Position numbers and translations under genes: made by a program. This document shows, piece by piece, positions 26,001 through 33,639 of a stretch of 59,061 bases of DNA. Each line of letters opens with the position of its first letter. Position 1 is the stretch's first letter. Origin of the DNA: a virus. Taxonomy: Duplodnaviria; Caudoviricetes. The notes beneath the pieces are model-generated. The model was not told where the DNA came from and ran no database searches. It worked only from the letters and a program-made list of their open reading frames with translations. The DNA is taken from positions 1 through 59,061 of IMG/VR virus record IMGVR_UViG_3300007963_000007; one strand, 5' to 3'.

Positions 26001-28413
26001 TACGTATAGCCTTCTTAATAGACCTTTTGAATACTTCTTTAAACGCTTCGTTTCCAACATTACGTCCTAATACAGCAGACGTAATCCTTTTAATTTGACG
26101 GAAGGACATATTCCGTAGCAAGGCGTCTTCAACCCCGCCACGACCAATCATGGACATACCAGAAGTAAGGATGCCTGTCATAAGCCCTGCTTTTAAACCT
26201 GCTCCTAGCGCGGCATCATGGGCTTCGGCTTTAACTCTCTCTTCACTCCAGCCCTCTTCCCAAGTGCCATCTTCGTTTTGGTGGCGGGATTTCAGGTCGT
26301 CCTCAATATGTTTAAAGACTGTCCCGTAAGTCCCTCCTGCCGACCTGTTGGCAGCAGGTAAAAACACAGCAGGGGCCATGGCAATCTTCTTGGTAAGTCC
26401 GCTATTGTATGCCCTGATGACTGCATTAGCTTGATCAAGATCACCTACGATTTCTTTCTTGAACAAGTCTTTAGCTCGTTTTTCAAAAGATTCTTTGCCC
26501 GTAACTCTAAGGCTTCCTCTGAACGCTGCCGCTATAATTTGTCTCGCCGCGACAGTAGCACTAGTCTTTGCCCCTACATAACCAACTGCTGCGGCACCAG
26601 TAGCCCCAAACGTGGGGGCGGCGGCTGCGGCTAACAAACCAGTAACGCCCATGTCCAGCATTACGGGGGCAATCATCTCTAATGCGTCTTGGCCAAGACC
26701 AAACTTGTCGCCAAACAACCTGCCCATTTCTCGTTGGTGGGCTTTCTCTGACGCAGTTTTAAGCAAACCTTGTTGACCCCACTCGGCACCTGACATAGCG
26801 GCGATGCCGTGGACGATACCCAAAACACCTTCATCCCAAATACTGCGCCCCAACCCTTCCATGCTTTCAGAAAACTTATTCCAGTTCGCTTCGTCAGTTG
26901 TGAACTGTTCTAAAATTTCTCTGTTTGAAATACCTTGTTGACGACCAGTGACAACGGCTTGCGACCACTTGTCCCCAAGATCTTTATCTTTAGAAATTAT
27001 ATCGTTATAAGTATCAAACGATGCCTCAACTTCAATTTGGCGTAGTTGTTCTAAAGCCTCTTGTGTTTTGGAATCTACCAAAGCGGCGTCCAATGCATTG
27101 GCATGGAGGTCGGGTCGGGCTTTAAGTTCCTGTGCTACTGTGGGGAGCTTGTAGGTCCCGTAATGCACGTTAAGCCACTGATCGTCCTCGTTCTCATGGT
27201 ATACATACCACCCTTCTGGCTTCTCGTCGTGTAGTTCTCCAGTGCCTACTTTGGCTTTACCATTGTCGAGAGTTAATTGATCGGCCACATCTTCCAAGAC
27301 ATCGCGGCTGTAATCTAATTTCGCACCTAAATCCGCAATAAGACTATCTCTAGTGTTAGAGAAATTATCCGCATAAGTTTCTTGTAGAAACTCCGCTTCT
27401 TCCATAGCACGAATTGCTTCGTCTTGCCCCCCAAAAATTTTTGCTAGAAGCTGACCTCCAGATTCATACACATCAGCACTAGCAGTGCCAACATTATCCC
27501 AGAAACCATACTTAGAACGCGCTTTACTCTCCGTCAAAGCGTCGAGCATAATAGATAAATGCCTATTCTCCGACACTTGATGCATAGGCCCTATTAACCG
27601 ATCTTGTTTTATCAGTTCGATTGCTTCGGCTTCTGCGATGTATCGCTGCTGAATTTCCCAGTATTTTAGCAAAGTGTTTTTGTTAGTGTATAACGACTCA
27701 GAATACTCGGGAATACGATTGTTGAATTTTATATTAAAGAAATGCTGCGGTCTTACTCCGTAGTCACTGGACTCCTTGATAACATCGGCAATCGTTTTGC
27801 CTTCTGGAATCCTGCCTCCTAATAGGCGAGGCTTACCATCTTCATAAACAACAGCCGCATTAATCTCGCCCCTGTTAAAAAGTTTAGTCCTTTGGTCTGT
27901 CTCAGCGCGTTGCAGAACCTCTCTTACAAGCCCAGTCTTTACCTCAACTTCTGTAGGACCTACTTCCGTCTCGTCTTGCTCGTAAGTCCCCGCTTGAATT
28001 CTAGCGGACAAATCCAAGAAGTCGTCAATTTTCCCTACGTCTTTCCTAGTTAAAGGACTCTTATCATTTTTGTTGAGCCACCCTAATTCATGAGCCGCTT
28101 TGATTCTTTCGGCCCGTTCGTAATCACTAATCCTGTCTAAGTTTTGGATTTGTGAAGCTACTTCATCCCTATTTTCTTCTGTGAGATACCCATGCCCCGA
28201 TAAGTAACTAACTAAATCACCACCGATACGGTCCTCTGCTTCTTCATTGTAAAGCCCCGCCTCCATGTGGGCTATGCGAACATGATCCATGTATCGTGCT
28301 ACTTGCTCGATGGGGTCCTCAAAAACATTGTTCTGAGTCCAAACTTCAAACGGAGTCACTTTAGGACTCCGGTTATCTCCAGTGGTAGGGTCGGGTATGC
28401 TTTGGTCTGACAT
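14086..28413 (-). CDS. Giant (4775 aa) polyvalent protein, probably internal virion/ejected
   Basis: Uninterrupted ORF in the late operon. Contains a zincin motif LLHELTH, a degenerate EEMAH, an HhH-glycosylase-like module (AKLGSF..NL...TMDLWFMR...AQAILW), an ART-PolyVal-like module (YLDAVAAGD...IKSAEVVLRDEEGNVIPPSKRFN) and an LPD38-like C-terminus. Confidence 0.8.
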   Translation of the reverse strand: MSDQSIPDPTTGDNRSPKVTPFEVWTQNNVFEDPIEQVARYMDHVRIAHMEAGLYNEEAEDRIGGDLVSYLSGHGYLTEENRDEVASQIQNLDRISDYERAERIKAAHELGWLNKNDKSPLTRKDVGKIDDFLDLSARIQAGTYEQDETEVGPTEVEVKTGLVREVLQRAETDQRTKLFNRGEINAAVVYEDGKPRLLGGRIPEGKTIADVIKESSDYGVRPQHFFNIKFNNRIPEYSESLYTNKNTLLKYWEIQQRYIAEAEAIELIKQDRLIGPMHQVSENRHLSIMLDALTESKARSKYGFWDNVGTASADVYESGGQLLAKIFGGQDEAIRAMEEAEFLQETYADNFSNTRDSLIADLGAKLDYSRDVLEDVADQLTLDNGKAKVGTGELHDEKPEGWYVYHENEDDQWLNVHYGTYKLPTVAQELKARPDLHANALDAALVDSKTQEALEQLRQIEVEASFDTYNDIISKDKDLGDKWSQAVVTGRQQGISNREILEQFTTDEANWNKFSESMEGLGRSIWDEGVLGIVHGIAAMSGAEWGQQGLLKTASEKAHQREMGRLFGDKFGLGQDALEMIAPVMLDMGVTGLLAAAAAPTFGATGAAAVGYVGAKTSATVAARQIIAAAFRGSLRVTGKESFEKRAKDLFKKEIVGDLDQANAVIRAYNSGLTKKIAMAPAVFLPAANRSAGGTYGTVFKHIEDDLKSRHQNEDGTWEEGWSEERVKAEAHDAALGAGLKAGLMTGILTSGMSMIGRGGVEDALLRNMSFRQIKRITSAVLGRNVGNEAFKEVFKRSIKKAIRKHFIDAPKSYLRNFADEAYEEGLDELLNSFIIDAATDEDTPFLERMQGVFHAALLGGLMGAGSTFIGRTAKNVAPRMFLDQAAAARFEKSLFEQYEKDVEAKGLTGQLKRAGAPTTAKEAERIIRRYKRAEETDGTTLTEEEEADETLEKLSPEDVKAEADSIEEGMKNIPKETVEEAVNTESARKKTKSSVDLETASSSAATQLLTESEGDTNGAGRVTSQHSAKQVKIDLKVAYTLNLKGVEKRVKLFRQLERQLQETPEGAAADRLRRSIREAVESGRVMSPEQGEAVKRTLLETFNRDIAALREAEKKGPSKEAEEAIESLVEGGFPHSLEVSQLEDLGVAVAETDNASLAVLTQTLAKKIRERFPVLRKTKPAGGAKVPSVYGGVASFVFVNSKGHGVFNNDPAGMLTLLESNVAVPVTEEIVNADTTNPSFRFEQVGDQFFVSDIMVRESGGLVSAKTAFNKVGALEEDYSVFTELAQQVKAAKEAAKPFNGKVKVTDPFRPSRQITLAGLLKKASNIELLRGAVASDESLNLNKDFVEATAVALQLEIQKAVYEYSAKSADSDTDSNIISILETKDRHGQFFQRQQFQRAKRAKRSFVSLLEPDTDLHTSEETYNPEENGRDDTYVPPRLNPMRPPSQATLEGFIQDLHTGAAAALEGDPELLGAAKMLLNATVYQDAEGNADKKTPEQVFDELVAYFVTGATSSNKSALQFQLELKAGAYTNAAPLRKTLKILGISAPQVEASPDTDPSYAELVRESLQGIMGEDVEVTITNAKDFFKDVKKATQAFHSRAIVDGKSRKQNIKRNMKEVDALGLENGNMDSVISALEKISKGKNKMYALVAKIILSKKGLLSRINFVMDVSTHAFAGEYTVDATGTPQVAINLARRAEGGVEGVLLHELTHAITFGILRTDPKNRTAKENESIAALEALFQQVRREANKGPQSGLVDYAMSNLDEFLTHILVSPKFQKYVKGIRVPDGSRNLLQRILIRLGQLMGVPSRQYSEAVAKVLDIATQTDPVTGGSIAESVAASVVGSQTRRNALASSIGGRGEAALEEKLIESAREIYAWAAAFLPNEVNVVFDDSIDVIAEFNLDTQSIHINGVRAAIFLNKKLAEAGGTGINREHILSQILNEEMAHVSSFATLTQAEINDMMAAMTNKEALKVIEKYYPADEQAEAVERLNSPDPKVREAEKFILVEESLRMHTQNVLRGATTEENVDFLLENPTLIKTVQKYFKAQLRKLTYRVSGQVPPYMRKSVNRMITEMRAMEAGYRTSPNGMHFDTADPDATLRQLLKQLEMNKSVEGRDEEEDESEGPAVLTPSLQTRIGADAGGVPSDHTGLGGLAEGKSVVTNASPLPESFIEDAKAGRTVRVGKSHTNITLGRLSRERLLKGGTENEAFDESYPLGVMPFSVAIRGKKYNAFNVRLSNAGVNLSDAQYETFLKGSAASYVLEEAMTLEEVADNINRQANRNRAAAKIGKTDLLLTNPELELLGKKQIVPAGTVVYAQGAKTVVGGPSGDLVSANEAIDISDLDLSEWGTLAYNPAQGNYMYSASKDDQGADVYNTDQKFVSADEVMMVSDLKAHEQGEKNPFKNFTVLARNAVFAPLDPELESDRPAHERLRESVDKNQESPTTLQKLQTRYGGDIEFSENVSAAQSKVDEAMHRGVEHIDSGILGSKPHELAKLLDSKIAPKDRVDWKKNWRGQAKDWKDKGKEAAYYEDVEKTAGKILGVLERALYEYPDFVSWYEERVKMALDIFEELDPDIKKPENSFVLKALLAVTSNGNKVKEQTEDSWRIYKQWKATGKFFNDEKPRGTRPSAINGHLKLLDKWADQHGWEFVEEFLSTTGTVAELRERLQVDFGYTKTQAEKLTTGELIDETVPFALVFGAKLGSFHHNLNGNFDPITMDLWFMRTFGRTIGAQLAKDTRAEFAAKKKRVDAALEAYIKTDPKGELFKQAGLGRKRKRSTDLVIGLAKFWTKPSHRQMFWGESEGSWVEFSGKMEKASPVTDELRKATNALYKVLDNGVELIEAPVSGGHRRFIRLAMMGAMDKLESSTGVRMIPAEAQAILWYYEKAVHKEFGSGQEEAPDYATAANEVFRNERGNDAVSFRESTANQRRGRVSRDADGDRRGGLTPPKKLQSRYGGSVAGVTPTGFPERQTAEEVDDHYLDAVAAGDLATAQIVIEEIAARLGFHLDEQGVPQVFARGGLEKGREVFGPIAFWVQDFDQDVAAKYRDTAGTYSGTPAIGVDKNEAKKANKRTVEVIKKAPEAIRQLVAYNLLSQGYANAEATVLPREDMRTTNRRAAPPKIGDSRAKDILTFNVGSAEGQTMFGAFGKRLIDAYNSGDYNYVLDNWDNDIPDYKVTTWVRDMVRLSKNEVQKAFGETSELIRRSALKTPKTDAFLKAISADTVLGPMRTMTRVYIKTGPIKYTEGKGGFMDSRFQQKTYEEEGYGTIWDEKAVGGSRGFDQPLAAQIVTGPSAIIKSAEVVLRDEEGNVIPPSKRFNLTKKSILQSRYGADSAESVQGLSEEYQFWNMPFEKFYKLSTSMAGKVYDSVYSLGRIPDWVKEKVPRLANTDLKAFHFGLDFLRVLGGVTKIAHVEDKAHFDKVIAYLEEVGWEGPLPQFAPATEDHHFNASTIKRYDFTAKQFVEGEVTQGFVFMEENKDAVENADKQLLDAANLSRARLPLVEGARTKHLGDVLRGAAFTYPPEDVARFLVRHATGRTFSAQDERSLGELVPASLTTEAYQGETVPLWTEEDLKKSTFWKEKARLAYDNLTQEVRQAERANVMAKVGGGSLFQIEAEHRKHFGQSVFKIIDSHTGEQVGKDYAYDKRKFARRKAERLDMKYGASRYRVKKIDPPKLQSRYGAASDIPSVLDGDSVDYSNFVELLDLPLMEIGTYKSPNLFWKVFRGESDPAILKFMELRDAFIRENKKTAEDYKLRFDRAVKAAKKRGIDIPPELIAQAGGSIRGSMLSDSQREAVDTLYQNERKAASGIADKADRDLALQIAKDNRDAETLKYRKQNRQIEIAKRDRGLKDLMALDTDVWTIVLDLRKLTDEMSAKAKDLFGSTLIDAVFDTNLGIYFTRRFRMFEDNDWADTIKTDPDYALARTDAANYFAQQYLEQEADHIMRNDLSISRSDALDQAEQALHAKGTDAKTIGTNMMLDFIDSYGNMKLDTSMDAYIGGDSVQHITMKGHTHLAKPLKEILSSFDEKKDIPEPLQQLLGVYGDEAGLDNALHTFINVGSIMSNQAFLQRVVAHGRSKTTRLSGVGGDTREPWMITAEEFKKDRELAPDDRKYAGWVQLRDEEHPDWNPASGMYMPKEAADNLTAMFSVDKVKPRKMAAVVAAGVIRGLQIATGLSLASKTLGAAGFYLRNAVGNALFFGPMQGHYGSIGAMFKEGGGVLGLTEGLKEDSLIRRAAFGSRAEMNAELRELAAMNVWGDEMDAQLLQDLLSGKKDYFSVQEGLTKLIDKLGKQSPAGRVTGVVKKGWDASASGYNATLGLLTRMASAMDAYHKISLYEHELRVLVQAAESDPSGQFGRLLRPDGTPSPAMKMKAAEKVKMTSQTYSQAPPWVTGFTRGEIGIAISPYLRFAAEVPRVMINSYKLGFQEMRSGNKVIRNRGINRVAHSTFMLSFVSGVLPTMINRLWAGLSDDEEEALRLSAPPYLRNNRLIYWKDKNGKYNSLDLTYLNPFSLVTNPTSSAVEHMVTGDWDEVVPSILGGVAEGYMGEQILFGAIMDVATNTDDRGQPIFIKGGDDYGEQLWRGTLHIVDKAYGLRTPKKIAEAVSAMQGTYTGKGLMGRGPLGIMFQEFLPVKPYPIDLSANLRTYLRDNAGRTRDAKSRLSRTYTKRTMSDEKVISIYEDVADTVHNLNDELGTVVRGFHSLGLSWDEIISEAKTKQVGEKRVKHSALGFSQRIILSPRAKEIMMKESATRHRFMLLQNHIYRQPEFKRIDK

Positions 28414-28442
28414 AGCAGAAGCAGGTTGTGTGTAGTGAATTG

Positions 28443-29552
28443 TTATTTAGGGAAGAAGTCAGGGGCGTCTAGTCTCAGATATTCCTGTTTTTCCTTTTCA
28501 GTAAGCGTGCCGTCACCATCAGCATCGGCATCAGGATGCTCTAGCAAAAACTCGGCCAGTTTTTCTTCTGCTGTAGGACCAGCGGTGGGGGGTTTGGGAA
28601 GCCATGTTGGTGTGGGCGCTTCGCCCGACAATCTTTGGCGTTCTGTATTTTGAAGTTCAATCAATCGGGCCTTAGCCGCAAGCGGGGTTGTAATGACATC
28701 ACCTGCTTCATCTTTAATTTTAAGGGCGCGAACTTGAGGTTCGTAACTCCTCCAACTAGGCGTGTCTGTAACAGGGGAGCCTCGGTCCGTCCCTCCCGAT
28801 GTTGTAACTACGGGGTTTTCAAGCATGTCGTCTAGGATAGATATATGAGCTTGATGCCCTGCTATATTGCTCTCAACTTGGTCTTTTAGAGCCTGTTGCT
28901 TCATTTTGGCGAGTTGTAGATCCCTATCCTGCTTTGTAGCTTCCGCACTTGCTGCCCGTGCTTTGTCCATCTTTTTAGCCAAGTTCAGAACAATCCTTTC
29001 TTGTGACGTTAAAGTTCCGTCCTCCCTAGCAATCTTCAGCAAACCCGCATACGGTGTTCCCGCCTGTGCAGCAGCAAAGAGTTTACCAGCATGGTCATCC
29101 AAAGACTTGATCTGCTTGGCTTCCGTATTGAGTTTTTCAAGAGAAGCCATGAACGCAGTATTCGCGGCTGGGTTATTGGTAAGCAAGTCTGGGTTCTTCA
29201 TCGCCCACTCGTTAGCTAGTTTGGTCCGTTCAAATACGGAAACCAACGCACCTTCATCATCCGTTTGGTTGACGATACCATCTAGGTCCTTAGTTGCTTC
29301 TTCCGTCCTGCCCATGAATGCAACACGCTTTTTCTCGTCTGTAACTTTCTTGCCCAGATCAAACTGTGCAGTCTCAAATGCTAAATTCATCGAGGACTCA
29401 CGCGACAACTGAGTCCGCAACTTGATCATCTTATCAAGTTGTGGGTCTACTTGGGCCTGTTCAAACGCTCCAATATTACTGGACTCTGATCTGGATAAGA
29501 ATCCGTAATTATTACGTAAAGGCGCTATATTGTCGTCGAAGAATTCGCTCAT
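28443..29552 (-). CDS. Probable internal virion protein with C-terminal EF-hand-like loop
   Basis: Helical, A/K-rich, upstream of the giant gene; DADADGDGTLTEKE near the C-terminus. Confidence 0.55.
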   Translation of the reverse strand: MSEFFDDNIAPLRNNYGFLSRSESSNIGAFEQAQVDPQLDKMIKLRTQLSRESSMNLAFETAQFDLGKKVTDEKKRVAFMGRTEEATKDLDGIVNQTDDEGALVSVFERTKLANEWAMKNPDLLTNNPAANTAFMASLEKLNTEAKQIKSLDDHAGKLFAAAQAGTPYAGLLKIAREDGTLTSQERIVLNLAKKMDKARAASAEATKQDRDLQLAKMKQQALKDQVESNIAGHQAHISILDDMLENPVVTTSGGTDRGSPVTDTPSWRSYEPQVRALKIKDEAGDVITTPLAAKARLIELQNTERQRLSGEAPTPTWLPKPPTAGPTAEEKLAEFLLEHPDADADGDGTLTEKEKQEYLRLDAPDFFPK

Positions 29553-29560
29553 CAGTATGA

Positions 29561-30157
29561 CTAGTTTTTCTTACCGAAGAGAGCCTTCCACCACTTTGGC
29601 TTTTCAGCGGCATCGGGGATTGGGTTAGCTATCAACCTATCCATCAACCTTCGATTCACATCTCTCGCCTTCTTTGCATCTGCCGCTACTTGCTCCCTCT
29701 CAGCCATATAAGCGGGGGTGGCTATTGAAGGGGCAGACGCTTCTGGGGACCTTGCCCAATCTGCTGCTGCTTGCTCGGCGGCTCGGGTGAAACCTTTCTT
29801 GCGGAGCATTATAGCTTGCCTCAATTTTTTTCTTCTGGTGTGTTTTTCTTTCCCACCAGCAGGTCTAGCTAAACCCGGACCCTGACGCTTTTCCACCCAT
29901 TCACGATCCTTCTGCCTTTCTTCTTCTTCTTTTTTGCGTCTGATTGTCTCTCTGTCCGCTTTGCCGTAAGCTGATTGGAACTGCTCATCTGTGATGCCTA
30001 GCTTTCCGGCTTCTTTGCCAAACTGCGTAAACGCTTTAGGATCAACCTCCATGGGGTCGTCTGAATACGATAGCTTACTAGGGTCATATCTCCCAGAAGC
30101 AGACTCTAGCATTCGGTCGTAAAGTGCCTGTCGTTCTTTTACGTTTTTGTCTGCCAT
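29561..30157 (-). CDS. Hypothetical (possible internal virion) protein
   Basis: First gene after its own promoter; charged helical sequence. Confidence 0.55.
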   Translation of the reverse strand: MADKNVKERQALYDRMLESASGRYDPSKLSYSDDPMEVDPKAFTQFGKEAGKLGITDEQFQSAYGKADRETIRRKKEEEERQKDREWVEKRQGPGLARPAGGKEKHTRRKKLRQAIMLRKKGFTRAAEQAAADWARSPEASAPSIATPAYMAEREQVAADAKKARDVNRRLMDRLIANPIPDAAEKPKWWKALFGKKN

Positions 30158-30165
30158 AGGCTAAA

Positions 30166-30194
30166 AATATAGTGGTTTGTATTTATAAAGTCAA
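30166..30194 (-). promoter_or_regulatory. Sigma70-like promoter for the giant-protein operon
   Basis: TTGACT-N17-TATATT; ATG 8 nt downstream. Confidence 0.7.
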
Positions 30195-31978
30195 TCCGCT
30201 AGAGTGGCTTCAGAATTCTGTAACGCTTGCCGTAAAGTATTCATTGATTTTCTCTTCCTGAACTTTGACCCATCCAGTTCTTCGGGGGGGTCCACAGCCA
30301 CCAGACCTAAGCGTTGTCGGGCGCAATCAAGAGCCAAGAAAGCAGCATCAGCGAGATCAGGGCTGCGCCCGAATCGTGCTTTAAACTCAGGCTTGGATTC
30401 TATTTTCATGCGTAAAGTAGAACTCTTTACCATGTCGTAATTTCTAGCCGTTATTTCTTGGGCTAAATCTGAGGTGACACCAAACACTTGACGGGTCCTC
30501 ATCAGTTCTTTTCCGACAAACCACAACTCGGACACTCTATTTACATAGAGTTCATGACCTACTAATTGACTATTAACGCTGACCCTCTTGTCACTTGCCT
30601 TCCCGCCGAAACCAATCCTCATAATTTTACCAGACCATTCTCCAGAGAGGACATCGCAAAAAGGCGCACCTGCACCAGTGGCATCCACAGCTACGTTCTC
30701 GGGCAGGATTTTCAATTGTTTACACTTGTCCTTAATCTGCCGCACAATTTGATAAGTGCGGGGGACTGCTTTATTTGTGGCGTCATCGTTCAAGTGGATA
30801 GCGTCCCCAAACTCTAGAACATACTGCCCAGAAACATCGTAACCACACTTAGCGGTATACATGATAGTCCTATCTCCACCATTAGTGAAAGCGGGGTCTA
30901 TGCCACATAGGTTAATCGGGCTACCTTGCCACTCGACATTACCAAGCGCCCCGCTACTGGTTAACTCGTTCTCGGTGTATATGCCCGTAGTCTCATCACT
31001 ATCGAAAAATACTGCACGGACCATCCTCATATAACCCCTGCTCTCTACTCCAAGTAGGGCTTTGTCTTCATTTAATTTTTCTTCGGTAGGTAGCCACGGA
31101 TAAAGTGTCTCTCCTGCTAAAATGTTGGGGGATCTCTCCCCGTCTAACCGTAGGTAATACCCGTTCCACTTTGTCTTCCATTCGTCCGCAGTATTAGTAT
31201 CGACACTTTCCCACCCATCTGCGGGGGTGGACCAAATCCCAAAAGCATCAAATCTAGAATTCGGGTTGGACATACCAATGAGTTGGAACTCTGGGTTCTT
31301 TGAAAGGTTCGTCAGTCCAGCTTGAAGAATTGCTTCAGAAAGTTCTGATAGCTCATCTCCAATCAAAATTATACGCTTCTGTTTAATGCCGATAAATTTA
31401 CCTACAGCCTCCTTGGTTTTCGACTTCTCGGCTGAAATAAGCGAAAGTCCCGCCCTTTCTATAAGAAGACCGCTTTCGTTTATATAAGCTGCGTTCCCGA
31501 TAGAGTCCCTGATTTTAATGGGGGCGTTGTCAATGACTGACAAAAGAGACATGACAGACCCCCAAATTCGTTTCCGTGCCTCTCTTAAAGTAGTAGAGGT
31601 CATAAGAACAAGAGTGTCTTGTGGTTGACTTAGCCAATTAACAATGCCCCAAGCTGCCATGGTGTGACTCTTTCCAGATGAAGCACTACCTCCTATAGCT
31701 AGGTATTTATTTTCTAGGGCCGCACGAATCATCTTTTCCGCCCAAGGATGCTTAACCATTAATTTTTCAGGGAGATCTTCCCTGTTCCACAACTCGTCAC
31801 ACAGTCTCCAGAAATAATATTCTTTAGCGAGGACCTCTTCGTGTTTGGCGAACCCATAAAGGAGGGCTGTTAAAAGACTGGTCGGGGGAATCAGAAACCC
31901 ACCCACATCCATTTTTTTAGATTTAGGGTCTATTCTGGGTTCCAGTAACTGCTTGCTCCTCTCAGCCTTTAAAGCCAT
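30191..31978 (-). CDS. terL: Terminase large subunit
   Basis: Walker A GGSASSGKS, Walker B IILIGDE, MSNP coupling motif, nuclease GIDPAF..GGD, VDATG and SPDLADA; ATG at 31978 preferred. Confidence 0.9.
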   Translation of the reverse strand: MALKAERSKQLLEPRIDPKSKKMDVGGFLIPPTSLLTALLYGFAKHEEVLAKEYYFWRLCDELWNREDLPEKLMVKHPWAEKMIRAALENKYLAIGGSASSGKSHTMAAWGIVNWLSQPQDTLVLMTSTTLREARKRIWGSVMSLLSVIDNAPIKIRDSIGNAAYINESGLLIERAGLSLISAEKSKTKEAVGKFIGIKQKRIILIGDELSELSEAILQAGLTNLSKNPEFQLIGMSNPNSRFDAFGIWSTPADGWESVDTNTADEWKTKWNGYYLRLDGERSPNILAGETLYPWLPTEEKLNEDKALLGVESRGYMRMVRAVFFDSDETTGIYTENELTSSGALGNVEWQGSPINLCGIDPAFTNGGDRTIMYTAKCGYDVSGQYVLEFGDAIHLNDDATNKAVPRTYQIVRQIKDKCKQLKILPENVAVDATGAGAPFCDVLSGEWSGKIMRIGFGGKASDKRVSVNSQLVGHELYVNRVSELWFVGKELMRTRQVFGVTSDLAQEITARNYDMVKSSTLRMKIESKPEFKARFGRSPDLADAAFLALDCARQRLGLVAVDPPEELDGSKFRKRKSMNTLRQALQNSEATLAD

Positions 31979-32006
31979 ATTAATTAATATCGATAACACC
32001 TAGATT

Positions 32007-32579
32007 ATGAGCGATAATCCTAAAGACGCAATTCAAGAACGGGCCGTCGCACTTTATTACGCAGACTGGAAAACTTGCGCTATTGCAAAAGAACTTGGAG
32101 TGCATTCAGGAACAGTTCGTAGATGGTTTAAAAGGAAAGGAATACCTGCTAGGAAAAACGGTTTGGTCCCTGTTGAAAAACCAGACGGTGTTAAAGTAGA
32201 TAAGACAATCCCCGTAGAAGAGAACCTTGAGAACATGACGGACGAAGCTGTTATGCGCGTTAAACATGACGCACGGGAAAAGGAGAACGAAGATATCATG
32301 GCTTTAGCGGAAAGCCAAAGTTCGCCAGCAGAGAAATACCAACACTACGTAGCGCAAGCAGGGATTCGTTTGCTTAGAGATAGCATGAAGAATCTTAAAG
32401 GGCCAAAAAACGTGAGGGAGTTTTCTGAGTTAGATCAACTAATCAGACGCAACCTCGGTTTGAACGCGAAGACAGGCGGGGGGACATCTAAAATGCAAAT
32501 CGATATATCGATACTAAATAATAGAAAAGCAGACAGAGGTAACGGAACAGTTATAGACATACCATCAGATGATACATAA
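32007..32579 (+). CDS. HTH DNA-binding protein, possible terminase small subunit
   Basis: N-terminal HTH (AIAKELGVHSGTVRRW), helical middle and beta-like tail (MQIDISIL); adjacent to terL but divergent. Confidence 0.6.
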   Translation: MSDNPKDAIQERAVALYYADWKTCAIAKELGVHSGTVRRWFKRKGIPARKNGLVPVEKPDGVKVDKTIPVEENLENMTDEAVMRVKHDAREKENEDIMALAESQSSPAEKYQHYVAQAGIRLLRDSMKNLKGPKNVREFSELDQLIRRNLGLNAKTGGGTSKMQIDISILNNRKADRGNGTVIDIPSDDT

Positions 32580-32913
32580 CTTTGAAGACTTTTCGTGGGA
32601 CTACAACCCCGCTGACGATCCATATATTGATAGGCAGAAATCTTGTTTTGCTGATTATGAGGACGCTAGGCCGACTGAGTATAAAGAAGTAATCTTCTTT
32701 GACCTTCTAAAAGAAGCATTAGTGGGAGTTGTGCAAAATAATGAAGGCCCCCCTAGTGCTTGCTATGACAGTTCTGCTGCGTTGTCCCTTCTTCAGAAGC
32801 AACACGGGCTAACAGCCAAAGATGCAATGGCAGCTTTAGCGGAACTTATATCCACAGATTTGGGGCCGTCTTCCCCGTGTTTCCTAGACACTAGTATTAT
32901 TGAGAATAAATGA
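32569..32913 (+). CDS. Hypothetical protein
   Basis: Operon packing. Confidence 0.6.
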   Translation: MIHNFEDFSWDYNPADDPYIDRQKSCFADYEDARPTEYKEVIFFDLLKEALVGVVQNNEGPPSACYDSSAALSLLQKQHGLTAKDAMAALAELISTDLGPSSPCFLDTSIIENK

Positions 32914-33161
32914 CCCGTCTTTTCCCAGATAAGGAAATAGTATGTGATCCGTTTGTTTTAATAAGAGTGGATCACCCAGAGAAAAATGACTTCTCTTTTA
33001 AGGTGAGGAAACTAAAGGGGGAGTTTTATAGAGTAATACCAAACACAGCAAAAGAAGTGTTTTTCTTACAGTTGTTAAGTAAGAATGTTTTCCGGTATAC
33101 CCCTGAATCAGGGGACGGTGTTATTATCACTTTAAATTGTTGTGATAGTAGGAATAGATAA
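32910..33161 (+). CDS. Hypothetical protein
   Basis: ATGA coupling. Confidence 0.55.
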   Translation: MTRLFPDKEIVCDPFVLIRVDHPEKNDFSFKVRKLKGEFYRVIPNTAKEVFFLQLLSKNVFRYTPESGDGVIITLNCCDSRNR

Positions 33162-33639
33162 TGGGTTGGCTGGGGGTTTAGTGGCCCTCTCTAGATTTGA
33201 CGGGGGCATAATTTCTAAAATCGTTATGCCTACGAAAACAGTAGGCAAGAAAAGAGAGATAGATATTAGGGCTATCAATGAATGGCTCTTGGATTTTAAT
33301 ACCCCGTTCACTCTAGCGATAGAGGAACCACTAGCACACGCAAAGAGTTCTCAGGCTGTTCGATCTATGGCGCTGAGTTACGGCAAACTATTAGGTATGG
33401 CCGAAGCAAAGGGGTATGATGTATTTAGAGTATCTATTCCCCTTTGGCAAAAAACCCTATTGGGCAAAGTGCCTAAAGGTATGACCAAGAAAAGGGCGCT
33501 ACAAGTGGTTACTGAACTTGTGCCTGACGAAGACTGGACTAAAAATAGTAGGTGCCGTGTTCCACATGACGGAATGGTGGACGCTTACTTAATAGGTAGG
33601 TATTTGTGGGGGTTGGAAAAACTTGAAAAAACTCTTTGA
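33142..33639 (+). CDS. RuvC-like Holliday junction resolvase
   Basis: IVGIDNG..G, AIEEP, WQK, HDGMVDAYLI: RNase H-fold acidic residues. Confidence 0.8.
   Translation: MIVGIDNGLAGGLVALSRFDGGIISKIVMPTKTVGKKREIDIRAINEWLLDFNTPFTLAIEEPLAHAKSSQAVRSMALSYGKLLGMAEAKGYDVFRVSIPLWQKTLLGKVPKGMTKKRALQVVTELVPDEDWTKNSRCRVPHDGMVDAYLIGRYLWGLEKLEKTL

Noticed and set aside
14086-28413. Giant protein as an N4-like virion RNA polymerase
   Set aside because: I could not find convincing single-subunit or multi-subunit RNA polymerase catalytic motifs, and the promoters look host sigma70-like. A profile search is needed to exclude it fully.
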